NCBI GenBank assembly: GCA_040219085.1
Contig: JAVJTC010000007.1
Location: 3,995 to 67,994 of the forward strand
Direction: 5' to 3'
Source of the DNA: Acidimicrobiales bacterium
GTDB lineage: Bacteria; Actinomycetota; Acidimicrobiia; Acidimicrobiales; JAVJTC01
Length of the DNA: 64,000 nucleotides
Both the position numbers and the translations under genes were made by a program. The notes beneath the pieces are model-generated. The model was not told the DNA's origin, did not search any database, and worked only from the letters and a program-made list of their open reading frames with translations. Positions 15,777 to 29,446 of the stretch are shown one piece after another (positions within the stretch are counted from its first letter, which is position 1; the number at the start of each line of letters is the position of its first letter).

Positions 15777-18479
15777 TCAGTCCTCGTCGGTGTCGTCAGC
15801 GAGTTCGCGGGCCTGGATGACCCAGTTCCACTTCCGGATCCGCCCGGGCACGCCGAGGGTCTTCTCGAGTTCGATGACGGCGGCCTCGTCCATCGACGCG
15901 ATCTGTTCGAACGACGTGATACCCGTACCGGCGAGGGCCTTGAGGACGATCGGGTCGGTGCCCTTGATGCGGCTCAGGTCGTCGTGGTGTACCGGCGCAG
16001 CAGCGGGGGCGGCCTCGGCTTCCTCGGGCGCACCGGCGGCCTCGCCGGCGGAGGTGTCCGGCTCGTCGCCGCCGAGGGACACGTCGGTCGGCGGCGACCC
16101 CTCATGGTCCGGCTCGTCCTGGCCGTTGGAGGGCGCGGGGACGGCGGTGTCGGGCAGTGGGGCGACGGGGTCGGGTTCGAGGGTTGCGACCGGTGACGCC
16201 TGGCGCATGCCGAAGCCGAGGGGCCCCTCCAGTTCGGCCTCGGGCCGCACCCGGCTGGCGGCCGGCACGAGACGTTCCTCGTCGGCGGCCTTCTCGCCCT
16301 CCTCGATCGCCTCGAGGAGGTGCATGGCGATGTCGGCGACCTTGACCTGGTCGTCCTCGACGCCCTCACCCTTCACGCCGTCGTCGATCATCACGTAGCA
16401 GAACGGGCAGGCCGTGGCGATGCGCGACGCACCGGTTGCGAGCAGTTCCTGGGAGCGTTCGACGTTGACCGCCTTGCCGACGTGCTCCTCCATCCACATG
16501 CGTGCGCCGCCGGCGCCGCAACACATCCCCTCGGTCCCGTTGCGGCCGGCTTCGACGATCTCGAGCCCACCGATGGAGCCGACGACCTTGCGGGGCGCGA
16601 GGTAGACGTCGTTGTGGCGACCCAGGTAGCACGAGTCGTGGTAGACGAGGCGCTCGTCGAGGCGGGCTTCGGTCATGTCCAGGCGCCCGTCGGCGACGAG
16701 CCCCTCGAGGAACTGGCTGTGGTGGACCACTTCGTAGTGGCCACCGAGCTGCGGGTACTCGTTGGCGAGGGTGTTGAAGCAGTGCGGGCACTGGGTGACG
16801 ATCTTGCGGACGCCCATCGTGTTGAGCGTCTCGACGTTCTGCATCGCCAGCATCTGGAAGATGTACTCGTTACCGGAGCGTCGGGCGGGATCGCCGGTGC
16901 ACATCTCGGCGGGGCCGAGGATGGCGAAGTCCACGCCGGCGCGCTGCATCAGCTTGGCCATGGCCGTGGAGACCTTGCGGTTCTTGTCGTCGAAGCTGCC
17001 GGCGCAGCCCACCCAGTAGAGGTACTCGGCGTCGAAGGGGTCGCCGCCGTCGAGGACGCGGATGCCCTCGAGGTCGCCGACCCAGTCCGCCCGTTCGCCC
17101 TGGGACATCCCCCACGGGTTCCCCGAGTTCTCCATCGAGCGGTAGGCGGCGCCCAACTCGGTGGGGAAGTCGCTCTCCATGAGCGAGAGGTAGCGGCGCA
17201 TGTCGAGGATCTTGTCGAGGATCTCGATGTTGACCGGGCAGGCCTCGTCACATGCCTTGCACGACGTGCACGCCCACACCTCCTCGGAGGTGATCCGCTC
17301 GAACACGTTGTTCGCGCCGATCGTGATCTCCGGGTCGGTGCCGAGCGGCGGCGACGTCGGAGGGGTGCCGGTGGCGGCCATGACCTCGCCGGTCTTGAGG
17401 ACGATCTCGCGGGGGTCGAGGGACTTGCCGGTGGCGTGTGCAGGACACACGGCGGTGCACCGGCCACACATCGTGCACGAGTCCGTGTCGAGCAGTTGCT
17501 TCCAGGTGAAGTCCTCGATGGCGACCGCGCCGAACGATTCGAGTTCGGTCTCCATCAGGTTGCCCATAGGCCGCATCGCACCCTTGGGGCGCTCACGGTC
17601 CCGCAGATACATGTTCAGGGGCGAGGTGAACATGTGCCGCAGCATGGTGACGGGCAGGATCAACAGGAAGACGATGAACGAGACGACGTGGGCGATCCAC
17701 CAGGCCTGGTGCCAACCAGCCAGGTTGTCGAGGCCGTCGACGGTGGTGGCGAGCGGGTAGCCGATGACCGACCACTTCTCGAAGTCCGGCGTGCCGTTCT
17801 CGGCGATGCGGAAGACCTCGGCACCGAAGCCGGTGACGCCGATCAGAAGGAACGTGCCGAGGATGACGGCGTGTTCGGGCTTGGACTTGATGCGGATGCG
17901 GTACGGCCGCATGGGGCGGGGTCCGTAGCGCCGGCCGATCGCCCAGAGCACACCGATCAGGAAGATCGCCCCGGCGATGTCGCCGACAGCGGAGTAGCCC
18001 TGGTACACGCGACCGTGGAGGAACTTGGCTGAGTCGGGTAGCTGGTGGTCGATCTCGAGGGTCGTCGTCACGGCGAGCAGGACGAGGAACCCGAAGTAGA
18101 TCATCGAGTGCATGATCCCGGCGACGGGCTCACGCATGAGCGTCTGCATGTACACGCCGGCGCGGAAGTCGGCCAGGCGGCGCTTCACGTTGCGTGGCGT
18201 GGTGGACCGGTTGTCGGGCGCGCCGCGTTCCCAGTTGGCGACGCGGTTCGCGAACAGCACGGCGCCGACGACGATCAACACGGGGATCACCGTGTAGAAC
18301 GCGGCTTTGAGCGGACTCGGGATGTTCCCGAAGACCTTGCGCGTGATGTCGGAGTCGCTTTCGAATCCGAGGGCGGTGGAGACGATCCCCGAGGCCGCGG
18401 TGAACGCGGCGACGGCGACGCCGAAGGCGATGACGACGTGGCGGGGCTTGACCGCTCGTCCGGAGTTCTCTGTGGTCAT
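15777..18479 (-). CDS. Membrane-bound (Fe-S)-binding reductase (HdrD/GlpC-like, Rv0338c-like) with an acidic linker and a C-terminal helix-hairpin-helix-like domain
   Basis: N-terminal TM helices, CTMCGRCTAVCP and CTSCKACDEACP (2x[4Fe-4S]), and two CCG-type Cys-rich domains (CPHCFNTL, CCGAGG). The C-terminus reads DDLSRIKGTDPIVLKALAGTGITSFEQIA. The start was moved to ATG 18479. Confidence 0.8.
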   Translation of the reverse strand: MTTENSGRAVKPRHVVIAFGVAVAAFTAASGIVSTALGFESDSDITRKVFGNIPSPLKAAFYTVIPVLIVVGAVLFANRVANWERGAPDNRSTTPRNVKRRLADFRAGVYMQTLMREPVAGIMHSMIYFGFLVLLAVTTTLEIDHQLPDSAKFLHGRVYQGYSAVGDIAGAIFLIGVLWAIGRRYGPRPMRPYRIRIKSKPEHAVILGTFLLIGVTGFGAEVFRIAENGTPDFEKWSVIGYPLATTVDGLDNLAGWHQAWWIAHVVSFIVFLLILPVTMLRHMFTSPLNMYLRDRERPKGAMRPMGNLMETELESFGAVAIEDFTWKQLLDTDSCTMCGRCTAVCPAHATGKSLDPREIVLKTGEVMAATGTPPTSPPLGTDPEITIGANNVFERITSEEVWACTSCKACDEACPVNIEILDKILDMRRYLSLMESDFPTELGAAYRSMENSGNPWGMSQGERADWVGDLEGIRVLDGGDPFDAEYLYWVGCAGSFDDKNRKVSTAMAKLMQRAGVDFAILGPAEMCTGDPARRSGNEYIFQMLAMQNVETLNTMGVRKIVTQCPHCFNTLANEYPQLGGHYEVVHHSQFLEGLVADGRLDMTEARLDERLVYHDSCYLGRHNDVYLAPRKVVGSIGGLEIVEAGRNGTEGMCCGAGGARMWMEEHVGKAVNVERSQELLATGASRIATACPFCYVMIDDGVKGEGVEDDQVKVADIAMHLLEAIEEGEKAADEERLVPAASRVRPEAELEGPLGFGMRQASPVATLEPDPVAPLPDTAVPAPSNGQDEPDHEGSPPTDVSLGGDEPDTSAGEAAGAPEEAEAAPAAAPVHHDDLSRIKGTDPIVLKALAGTGITSFEQIASMDEAAVIELEKTLGVPGRIRKWNWVIQARELADDTDED

Positions 18480-18679
18480 GGCGTTGGCGAGGCTAGTTGC
18501 CGCGGGCGCCGTCGGCGGAATCGCGGCGCCTTGCTTGTAGGAACGCGCCGGCGACAACCGCTGACGCCCGGCCGGGGCGCAGCCCGGGCGGAGGATGTGC
18601 ACGGCGTACCGCGTGGGGTCCGAACGAGTTCACGATCCGGAAACACTCGCGAAAAACGGTCGTCCTACCTTCTGAGGCC

Positions 18680-19162
18680 GTGGATGTCGCTCTCGTGCAC
18701 TGGCCAGGGGACGAGGCGAGGCGGCACCGACTCCGCAACCGTGGAGTCGCCCGTCTCCTTCTCGTCGCGCCCGACGCGGAGCCCCCGGCGATCGACCATT
18801 CCCTCGAGGACTGGGTGCGGATGCCCGCGCCCGAGGTGGACGTGCGGGCCCGGGTCGAAGGTCTGCGCCAACGTTTCGCCGCCTTCGACACCCCTCACAT
18901 CGACGAGGACGGTGTCGTCCGGTTCGGCGACGACTGGGTTGCGGTTCCCCCGGTCGAGGCGCGCCTCGTCGGTGCGATGATCGACCGCTACGGCGCCTGC
19001 GTGGGCCGTGACGTGCTCGCCGCGGCGGCCTGGCCCGAGGGGAGTCCGGGTCGCAATGCCCTCGATGTGCACATGGCCCGGCTGCGCAAGCGCCTCGCCA
19101 CCGTGGAGCTGGCGATTCGAACCATCCGGTCCCGGGGCTACCTGCTCGAGTCCGCGGCCTGA
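18680..19162 (+). CDS. OmpR/PhoB-type winged-helix transcription regulator with a truncated (non-receiver) N-terminus
   Basis: The C-terminus EARLVGAMIDRYGACVGRDVLAAAAW....NALDVHMARLRKRL......IRTIRSRGYLLE matches Trans_reg_C. Only about 60 aa precede it. GTG 18680 is the only plausible start. Confidence 0.65.
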   Translation: MDVALVHWPGDEARRHRLRNRGVARLLLVAPDAEPPAIDHSLEDWVRMPAPEVDVRARVEGLRQRFAAFDTPHIDEDGVVRFGDDWVAVPPVEARLVGAMIDRYGACVGRDVLAAAAWPEGSPGRNALDVHMARLRKRLATVELAIRTIRSRGYLLESAA

Positions 19163-19165
19163 TCT

Positions 19166-19255
19166 GTCAGATTTCCGTCAGATAGCGGACGTACCTTCGT
19201 AACGGGCGGCGAATCGGAGCGAAACACGCCATACCTAGCGTCAGGTCGACGTCAG
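19166..19255 (+). promoter_or_regulatory. 11-bp-phased direct repeats upstream of amtB (GlnR-box-like / OmpR-family operator candidate)
   Basis: GTCAGAT at 19166 and 19177. The pentamers GACGT 19188, GTAAC 19199, CGAAT 19210 and GAAAC 19221 each fall 11 bp apart. A second pair, CGTCAG, lies at 19239 and 19250. Confidence 0.5.
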
Positions 19256-19283
19256 AGTTCGCATACCAAGGAGGGAAGGGCTC

Positions 19284-20684
19284 GTGAGACGCAAGCTTGC
19301 GATCGGTGCCACCGCATCGATTGTCACGATGTTCCTCCTGACGGTCCCCGCGGCCGCTCAGGAAGACGGAACAGACCTACAACCGATCATCGACAACATG
19401 TGGGTGTTCATCGCAGGGATCATGGTGTTCTTGATGCAGGCCGGTTTCGGCCTCGTCGAGGCCGGCATGACCAGGGCGAAGAACGTCGCCAACATCATGG
19501 CGAAGAACCTCGCTGACATGTCGATCGGTGTCATCGCCTTCTGGGCGGTGGGATTCGGTTTCGCGTACGGCGCGGACTCGGGCAACATCATCGGCACCGA
19601 CGGTTTCTTCCTCTCGGGAGCCCCGATCGGTATCGACGGTGGCCTGTCGATCTGGACCGACTTCTTCTTCCAGGTCGTGTTCGCCGCCACCGCCGTGACG
19701 ATCGCGTCGGGAGCCATGGCCGAGCGCACGAAGTTCAGCGGCTACCTGATCTTCTCCGCGCTGATGACGGCGTTCATCTACCCCGTCGTCGTCCACTGGT
19801 TCTGGGGCGGTGGTCTGATCGCCAAGATGGAGGTCGGCGACGCCGTCTTCAGTGACTTCGCCGGCTCCACGATCGTGCACTCGACCGGTGGCTGGGCGGC
19901 GCTCATGGGCGCCTACTTCCTCGGTCCACGTATCGGGAAGTACGACGAGAACGGCAACCCGCGGGCGATTCCGGGCCACAACATGGCCTACACCATCATC
20001 GGTGTGTTCATCCTCTGGTTCGGCTGGTTCGGGTTCAACCCCGGCTCTCAGCTGGGCATGGACGAGGTCGTCGCCCGTGCCGGTGTGACCACGCTGCTCG
20101 CGGCAGCCGCCGGTGGCCTCTCGGCCGGTGCGGTCGTGTGGTTGAAGACCGGACGTATGGAAGTCGGCATGGCCGGCAACGGCGTGCTCGCGGGCCTGGT
20201 GTCCATCACCGCCGGTACCGCGGCGATGAACACCATGGGAGCCTTCGTCACCGGTCTCATCGGTGGCGCGATCGTGGTGTTCGCCGTCCTGTTCATCGAC
20301 CGGATCGGCATCGACGATCCCGTCGGCGCCATCTCCGTGCACGGCATCTGCGGCGTGTGGGGAACCCTCGCCGTCGGTCTGTTCGCGGTCTACGACGACG
20401 GCTTCCTGGGACGGGCCGAGGCCGGCCTCTTCTATGGTGGCGGTATCGAGCAGCTGCTCGTGCAGCTCTTCGGTGCGCTGATCGTGTTCGCCTTCGTGGT
20501 GGTCGCAGCCGGCATCGTCTTCTTCACGCTGAAGAAGCTCAACCTCCTGCGGGTCACCCCGGAAGAGGAGATGCAGGGTCTCGACGTCATGGAGCACGGC
20601 TCGCCGGGCTACAACAACGACACGGTCACCGTGGGCAGCCACGGCATCCCGGAGACCGCCCCCAACACCAAGCTGCGGCTCTAG
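19284..20684 (+). CDS. amtB: Ammonium transporter AmtB (with signal peptide)
   Basis: AGFGLVEAGMTRAKN, FAATAVTIASGAMAER, DFAGSTIVHSTGGWAAL and ISVHGICGVWGTLAVGLF. GTG start after AAGGAGGGAAGG. Confidence 0.92.
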   Translation: MRRKLAIGATASIVTMFLLTVPAAAQEDGTDLQPIIDNMWVFIAGIMVFLMQAGFGLVEAGMTRAKNVANIMAKNLADMSIGVIAFWAVGFGFAYGADSGNIIGTDGFFLSGAPIGIDGGLSIWTDFFFQVVFAATAVTIASGAMAERTKFSGYLIFSALMTAFIYPVVVHWFWGGGLIAKMEVGDAVFSDFAGSTIVHSTGGWAALMGAYFLGPRIGKYDENGNPRAIPGHNMAYTIIGVFILWFGWFGFNPGSQLGMDEVVARAGVTTLLAAAAGGLSAGAVVWLKTGRMEVGMAGNGVLAGLVSITAGTAAMNTMGAFVTGLIGGAIVVFAVLFIDRIGIDDPVGAISVHGICGVWGTLAVGLFAVYDDGFLGRAEAGLFYGGGIEQLLVQLFGALIVFAFVVVAAGIVFFTLKKLNLLRVTPEEEMQGLDVMEHGSPGYNNDTVTVGSHGIPETAPNTKLRL

Positions 20685-20693
20685 GAGGACGAG

Positions 20694-21035
20694 ATGTTGC
20701 ACATGATCACAGCGATCATCAGACCCCACAATGTGGAGACCGTGAAGGACGCGCTGCGAGAGCAGGGAATCCAGGGCATGACGGTCACCGAGGTCAAGGG
20801 ATACGGCCGCCAGGGCGGTCACACCGAGACCTACCGTGGTGCCGAGTACACCGTGGACTTCATGCCGAAGGCCAAGATCGAGATCCTCGCGGAGAGCGAT
20901 CAGGCCGACCTGGTGGTCCAGACCATCTCCGACGCTGCCCGTTCAGGGAAGATCGGCGACGGAAAGATCTGGGTCACCTCCGTGGACCGCGCAGTGCGGA
21001 TCCGCACCGGCGAGATGGGTTCCGAAGCCGTCTAG
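20694..21035 (+). CDS. glnK: P-II nitrogen regulatory protein GlnK
   Basis: ITAIIRP...VKDAL...GMTVTEVKGYGRQGGHTETYRGAEY (T-loop Tyr) ...IGDGKIWV. Confidence 0.92.
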   Translation: MLHMITAIIRPHNVETVKDALREQGIQGMTVTEVKGYGRQGGHTETYRGAEYTVDFMPKAKIEILAESDQADLVVQTISDAARSGKIGDGKIWVTSVDRAVRIRTGEMGSEAV

Positions 21036-21068
21036 GTTCCGGATTCGATGCACAGCTGAACTGATGGT

Positions 21069-21098
21069 GTGGGGCGTCGCCTTCGGGCGGCGCCCCAC
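21069..21098. terminator. GC-rich UUCG-loop hairpin between convergent glnK and gpmA
   Basis: gtggggcgtcgcc-ttcg-ggcggcgccccac (one G-U pair). There is no clear U-tract. Confidence 0.4.
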
Positions 21099-21128
21099 CC
21101 GCGTCGAGGGAGGGGGTCCGGACCCGGG

Positions 21129-21887
21129 TCAGCCCTTCGCCTGGTTGGCGACGGCCGCCGCGGCCGCGGCGATCTCGTCGGGGTCGCCCAGGTACCGCTG
21201 CGTGATCGCCATCTCCGTGGCGGGGCGCATGTCGTCCCCGATCTCGTAGACGAGTGGCACGCCTGTCGGGATGTTCAGGTCCGCGATCTCGTCGTCGGCG
21301 ATCCCGTCGAGGTGCTTGACCAGCGCCCGGAGGCTGTTGCCGTGGGCCACGACGAGCGGGGTTCGGCCGGCGTAGAGGTCGGGGACGATCGCGTCGTACC
21401 AGTACGGCAACATCCGCTCGACCACATCGGCGAGGCACTCCGCAGCGGGGACCTGTTCGGGAGCGAGAGTCGCGTAGCGCACATCGTCGTTGGGGTTGTG
21501 GGGGTTGTCGGCGGTGATGGGCGGCGGCGGTGTGTCGTAGCTGCGCCGCCACACATGGACCTGGTCCTCGCCGTAGCGGCGGGTGGTCTCGGCCTTGTCG
21601 AGTCCGGTGAGGTCGCCGTAGTGGCGCTCGTTGAGGCGCCAGTGGCGGTGTACCGGCAGCCAGGAGCGTCCCATCTCCGACAGGGCACGGTCCGCGGTAC
21701 GGATCGCCCTGGTGAGCAGGGAGGTGTGGAGCACGCCGGGTTCGAGCCCCTCGGCGGCCATCAGGCGGCCCGCTTCGGCCGCCTCGGTGCGACCCTTGTC
21801 CGACAGGGGACAGTCGTACCAGCCGGTGAAGAGGTTCTGGAGGTTCCACGTGCTCTGGCCGTGGCGGAGCAGGACGAGTGTTGCCAT
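21129..21887 (-). CDS. gpmA: 2,3-bisphosphoglycerate-dependent phosphoglycerate mutase
   Basis: [29 protein letters not shown] and [10 protein letters not shown]. Confidence 0.92.
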   Translation of the reverse strand: MATLVLLRHGQSTWNLQNLFTGWYDCPLSDKGRTEAAEAGRLMAAEGLEPGVLHTSLLTRAIRTADRALSEMGRSWLPVHRHWRLNERHYGDLTGLDKAETTRRYGEDQVHVWRRSYDTPPPPITADNPHNPNDDVRYATLAPEQVPAAECLADVVERMLPYWYDAIVPDLYAGRTPLVVAHGNSLRALVKHLDGIADDEIADLNIPTGVPLVYEIGDDMRPATEMAITQRYLGDPDEIAAAAAAVANQAKG

Positions 21888-21944
21888 GGCGCGAGAGTAC
21901 TGCGCCGCCCGCGACGGCCAGGCGTTTCCCGCGGCGACAGAGGA

Positions 21945-21965
21945 GTTGAGGGAATAGCACTCAGG
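21945..21965 (+). promoter_or_regulatory. HAIR (HspR-associated inverted repeat) operator upstream of dnaK
   Basis: gTTGAGg-gaatagc-ACTCAgG compared with consensus CTTGAGT-N7-ACTCAAG gives 11/14 matches. It lies about 135 nt upstream of the dnaK ATG, and hspR is the last gene of the operon. Confidence 0.7.
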
Positions 21966-22100
21966 TTTGCTTCGTTGGTATGACTACGAAGCGGAGGACC
22001 GGCCCGAGCCCGTGGCTAGCCTTCGACACGACCCCCAGCGACCGCGATCCGCCGAGCAGAGAGGCGGGATCGCTCCGCACGCACAAGGAGAAGAAGGCAC

Positions 22101-23950
<1,850 letters not shown>

Positions 23951-23954
<4 letters not shown>

Positions 23955-24508
23955 CCGACCCGGCCCATACCGACCCGCACCCGGGGACCATCCCCGGTGA
24001 GGAACCCCACGAGCCCGCACCCGAAGAGCTCGTGGAGGACCTCCCCCCTGCCGAACACCACGACGCCGGCCCCGTCAGCCGGGCGGACTACGACGCGCTC
24101 GAAGCCGACCGGGACCAGTACCTCGAGGCGGTCCAGCGGCTCAAGGCGGAGTTCGCCAATCACCGCCGCCGTACCGACGAGCAGCGCGGTGAGATGATCG
24201 AACGTGCCGCCGCCGGTCTGGTGGAGAAGCTGCTTCCGGTGCTCGACGCGTGCGACGCCGCGCTCGCGCAGGGGACCGAGGCCGTGCAACCGGTGGCGTC
24301 CCTGCTCGAGACCGTTCTCGCAGGCGACGGGTTGGAGCGCATCGCCGAACCGGGCGAGAGCTTCGACCCGGAGCGCCACGAGGCGGTCGTTCACAGTGCG
24401 GGTGAATCCGACGCCGACGGTGCGCCCGTGGTCGCCGAGGTGTTGCGCGCCGGCTTCGCCTGGAAGGGTCGGGTCGTCCGCCCGGCGATGGTGCGCGTGG
24501 AAGGCTAG
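23951..24508 (+). CDS. grpE: Nucleotide exchange factor GrpE
   Basis: GTGA overlap with dna[13 protein letters not shown] and FDPERHEAV...[14 protein letters not shown]. Confidence 0.9.
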
Positions 24509-24514
24509 GAGTCG

Positions 24515-25471
24515 ATGACCGAGGTCAAACGCGAGTGGCTCGAGACGGACTACTACGGCGTCCTCGGCGTGCCCGAGAGCGCCTCGGCCGCCGACATCAC
24601 CCGCGCCTACCGTGACCTCGCCCGCAAGCTGCACCCCGACCGCAACCCCGACGATCCCGCCGCCGAAGAACGCTTCAAGGAGGTGTCGGGTGCCTATGAC
24701 GTCCTCCACGACGCGGAGCGGCGCAAGGCCTACGACCAGGTCCGCAAGATGGGACCTGCGGCCGGTGGCTTCGGGCCGGGCCCCGGTGGCGCCGGCGGCT
24801 TCAGGCCGGGTCCCGGTGGCGCCGGCGGTTTCGACTTCAACTTCGAGGGTGGCGACCTCGGGGACCTCCTCGGCAGCGTCTTCGGTGGCGCCGGTGGCCG
24901 TAGCCGTGGCGGCGCCCGTCCGGGCCGCGATCAACAGGCCCAGATAAGTCTCGACTTCGACGAGGCCGTCCGCGGCGTGACCACGACCGTCGCACTCGGC
25001 GACGCGCGTGGGGGCGAACCGCGCCGCATCAAGGTGCGTATCCCTCCAGGGGTCACCGACGGTCAGCGGATCCGCCTACGCGGGAAGGGTGGACCCGGCA
25101 CCGGCGGCGGACCGGCCGGCGATCTCTACGTCGTGGTGCGGGTGGCCGACCACGAGCTGTTCGGTCGCGACGGCGCGAACCTCACTGTCACGCTGCCGGT
25201 CACGTTCAGCGAGGCGGCACTCGGCGCCACGGTCGCGGTGCCGACGTTCGACGGAGGAACCGTGTCGGTGAAGATCCCACCGGGTACCCAGTCGGGGAGG
25301 GTCCTGCGGGTGCGGGGACGTGGCGTCGAGACCGATGGGCGCCGCGGAGACCTGCTCGTGACGGTCACCGTCGCGGTCCCCCAGAAGCTGAACTCCCGTC
25401 AGCGGAAGGCCCTCGAGGCTTTCGCCGAGACCATCGACGAGTCCCCCCGTGACCATCTCGAGAGGAGCTGA
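24515..25471 (+). CDS. dnaJ: J-domain co-chaperone lacking the zinc-finger domain (class II, CbpA-like DnaJ)
   Basis: J domain DYYGVLGV...HPDRNP, a G/F region and C-terminal beta domains. The 318-aa product has no Cys at all, so no CxxCxGxG repeats. Confidence 0.85.
   Translation: MTEVKREWLETDYYGVLGVPESASAADITRAYRDLARKLHPDRNPDDPAAEERFKEVSGAYDVLHDAERRKAYDQVRKMGPAAGGFGPGPGGAGGFRPGPGGAGGFDFNFEGGDLGDLLGSVFGGAGGRSRGGARPGRDQQAQISLDFDEAVRGVTTTVALGDARGGEPRRIKVRIPPGVTDGQRIRLRGKGGPGTGGGPAGDLYVVVRVADHELFGRDGANLTVTLPVTFSEAALGATVAVPTFDGGTVSVKIPPGTQSGRVLRVRGRGVETDGRRGDLLVTVTVAVPQKLNSRQRKALEAFAETIDESPRDHLERS
24767..24832 (+). repeat. 30-bp coding tandem repeat (GFGPGPGGAG / GFRPGPGGAG) in the dnaJ G/F region
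   Basis: ggcttc(g/a)ggccgggKcccggtggcgccggc occurs twice, followed by ggtttc. Confidence 0.6.
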
Positions 25472-25475
25472 GCCG

Positions 25476-25865
25476 GTGGACGCACGAGACGAGAGGCCAG
25501 GCACCGCCGACCGCGCTGTCTACGTGATATCGGTCGCTGCGGAGCTGACCGGGGTCCACCCCCAGACCCTGCGCGTCTATGAACGGCGTGGTCTGGTGGA
25601 GCCCGCGCGCACCGACGGGATGAGCCGCCGCTACAGCGAGAGCGACATCGAGCGGGTCCGACGGATAACCGAGCTCACCGAGGAGGGACTCAACCTCGCG
25701 GGTGTGAAGCGCGTTCTGGAACTCGAGGCGGAGGTGACGGACCTGCGGGCCCGCCTGCGCGCCGCGGGCACTCCGGGCTCTTCCCGCCCGCCCACGTCGC
25801 CGACCGACCTGGTGCCGGTCGGCCAGGAGATCGTGGTCTGGCGACGCCGTCGGTCCAGCCGCTGA
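25476..25865 (+). CDS. hspR: Heat-shock repressor HspR (MerR family)
   Basis: YVISVAAELTGVHPQTLRVYERRGLVEPARTDGMSRRYSESDIERVRRI. GTG 25476 follows GAGAGGAG. Confidence 0.9.
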   Translation: MDARDERPGTADRAVYVISVAAELTGVHPQTLRVYERRGLVEPARTDGMSRRYSESDIERVRRITELTEEGLNLAGVKRVLELEAEVTDLRARLRAAGTPGSSRPPTSPTDLVPVGQEIVVWRRRRSSR

Positions 25866-26012
25866 GCCTCCGGGGCCCCGCCTGTACCCAATCCTGAGGA
25901 ATTGACGGCCGTTTCCTTGTGACGACGGCGTGCGCTGTGGACAATACAGACGAGACGCACCCACGGAACGGCGAGGCTGGACGGCGATGCGTGCCAGCGG
26001 GCGAGTTCAGGT

Positions 26013-28872
<2,860 letters not shown>

Positions 28873-28891
28873 TCGGCGTGCTGCCGACCGG

Positions 28892-29314
28892 TCAGCTTCC
28901 CCGGCGGATTCCGGCGTCCCGCAACGTCGCAGCCGGCACGCCCAGCTCCCGCCACGCGGCGTACGTGATGCCCTTGCGTTCGCTGTAGTTGGCGGCGGCG
29001 GAGATGAACCCGGCCTCGAGCTCGGAGAGATCCGGCTTGTTCTCGCTCGCCTCGAGTTCCTCGGTCAGATCCATCCGTTCCTGAATCAGGTTGAGCTTTG
29101 TCAGCTGGTCCGCATTGTCGATCTCCTCGGCGATCTTCGCGAGCCGTTTGTTGATCGATTCGGGCGTGCGGCGGCGTCCACGGCGGGGCTTGTGCGCCTC
29201 CAGAGCCTCGAGATAGGACCGTACGGCACGCCCTTCGGCGCGCCCCTGGGCCATTGCTGCCTTGTGTTCCGGGGTGAGCGAGGACGGGCCCCGCTTCGAC
29301 TTTGCTGCGTTCAT
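28892..29314 (-). CDS. Conserved actinobacterial hypothetical protein (basic N-terminus, coiled-coil middle)
   Basis: MNAAKSKRGPSSLTPEHKAAMAQGRAEGRAVRSYLEALEAHKPRRGRRRTPESI... The start is ATG 29314 or 29323. I can name no family. Confidence 0.5.
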   Translation of the reverse strand: MNAAKSKRGPSSLTPEHKAAMAQGRAEGRAVRSYLEALEAHKPRRGRRRTPESINKRLAKIAEEIDNADQLTKLNLIQERMDLTEELEASENKPDLSELEAGFISAAANYSERKGITYAAWRELGVPAATLRDAGIRRGS

Positions 29315-29446
29315 TGTGACCATCAAATCGCCGTTTGCCCGAAGATGCAACTCGCCAATTGGACCGGAAAGGACCGAGCTCATAGAAACCGTCGACGCCC
29401 GACCCATGACGGGTCGGGCGTCGACGACCATCAGGTCGGGAACAAC

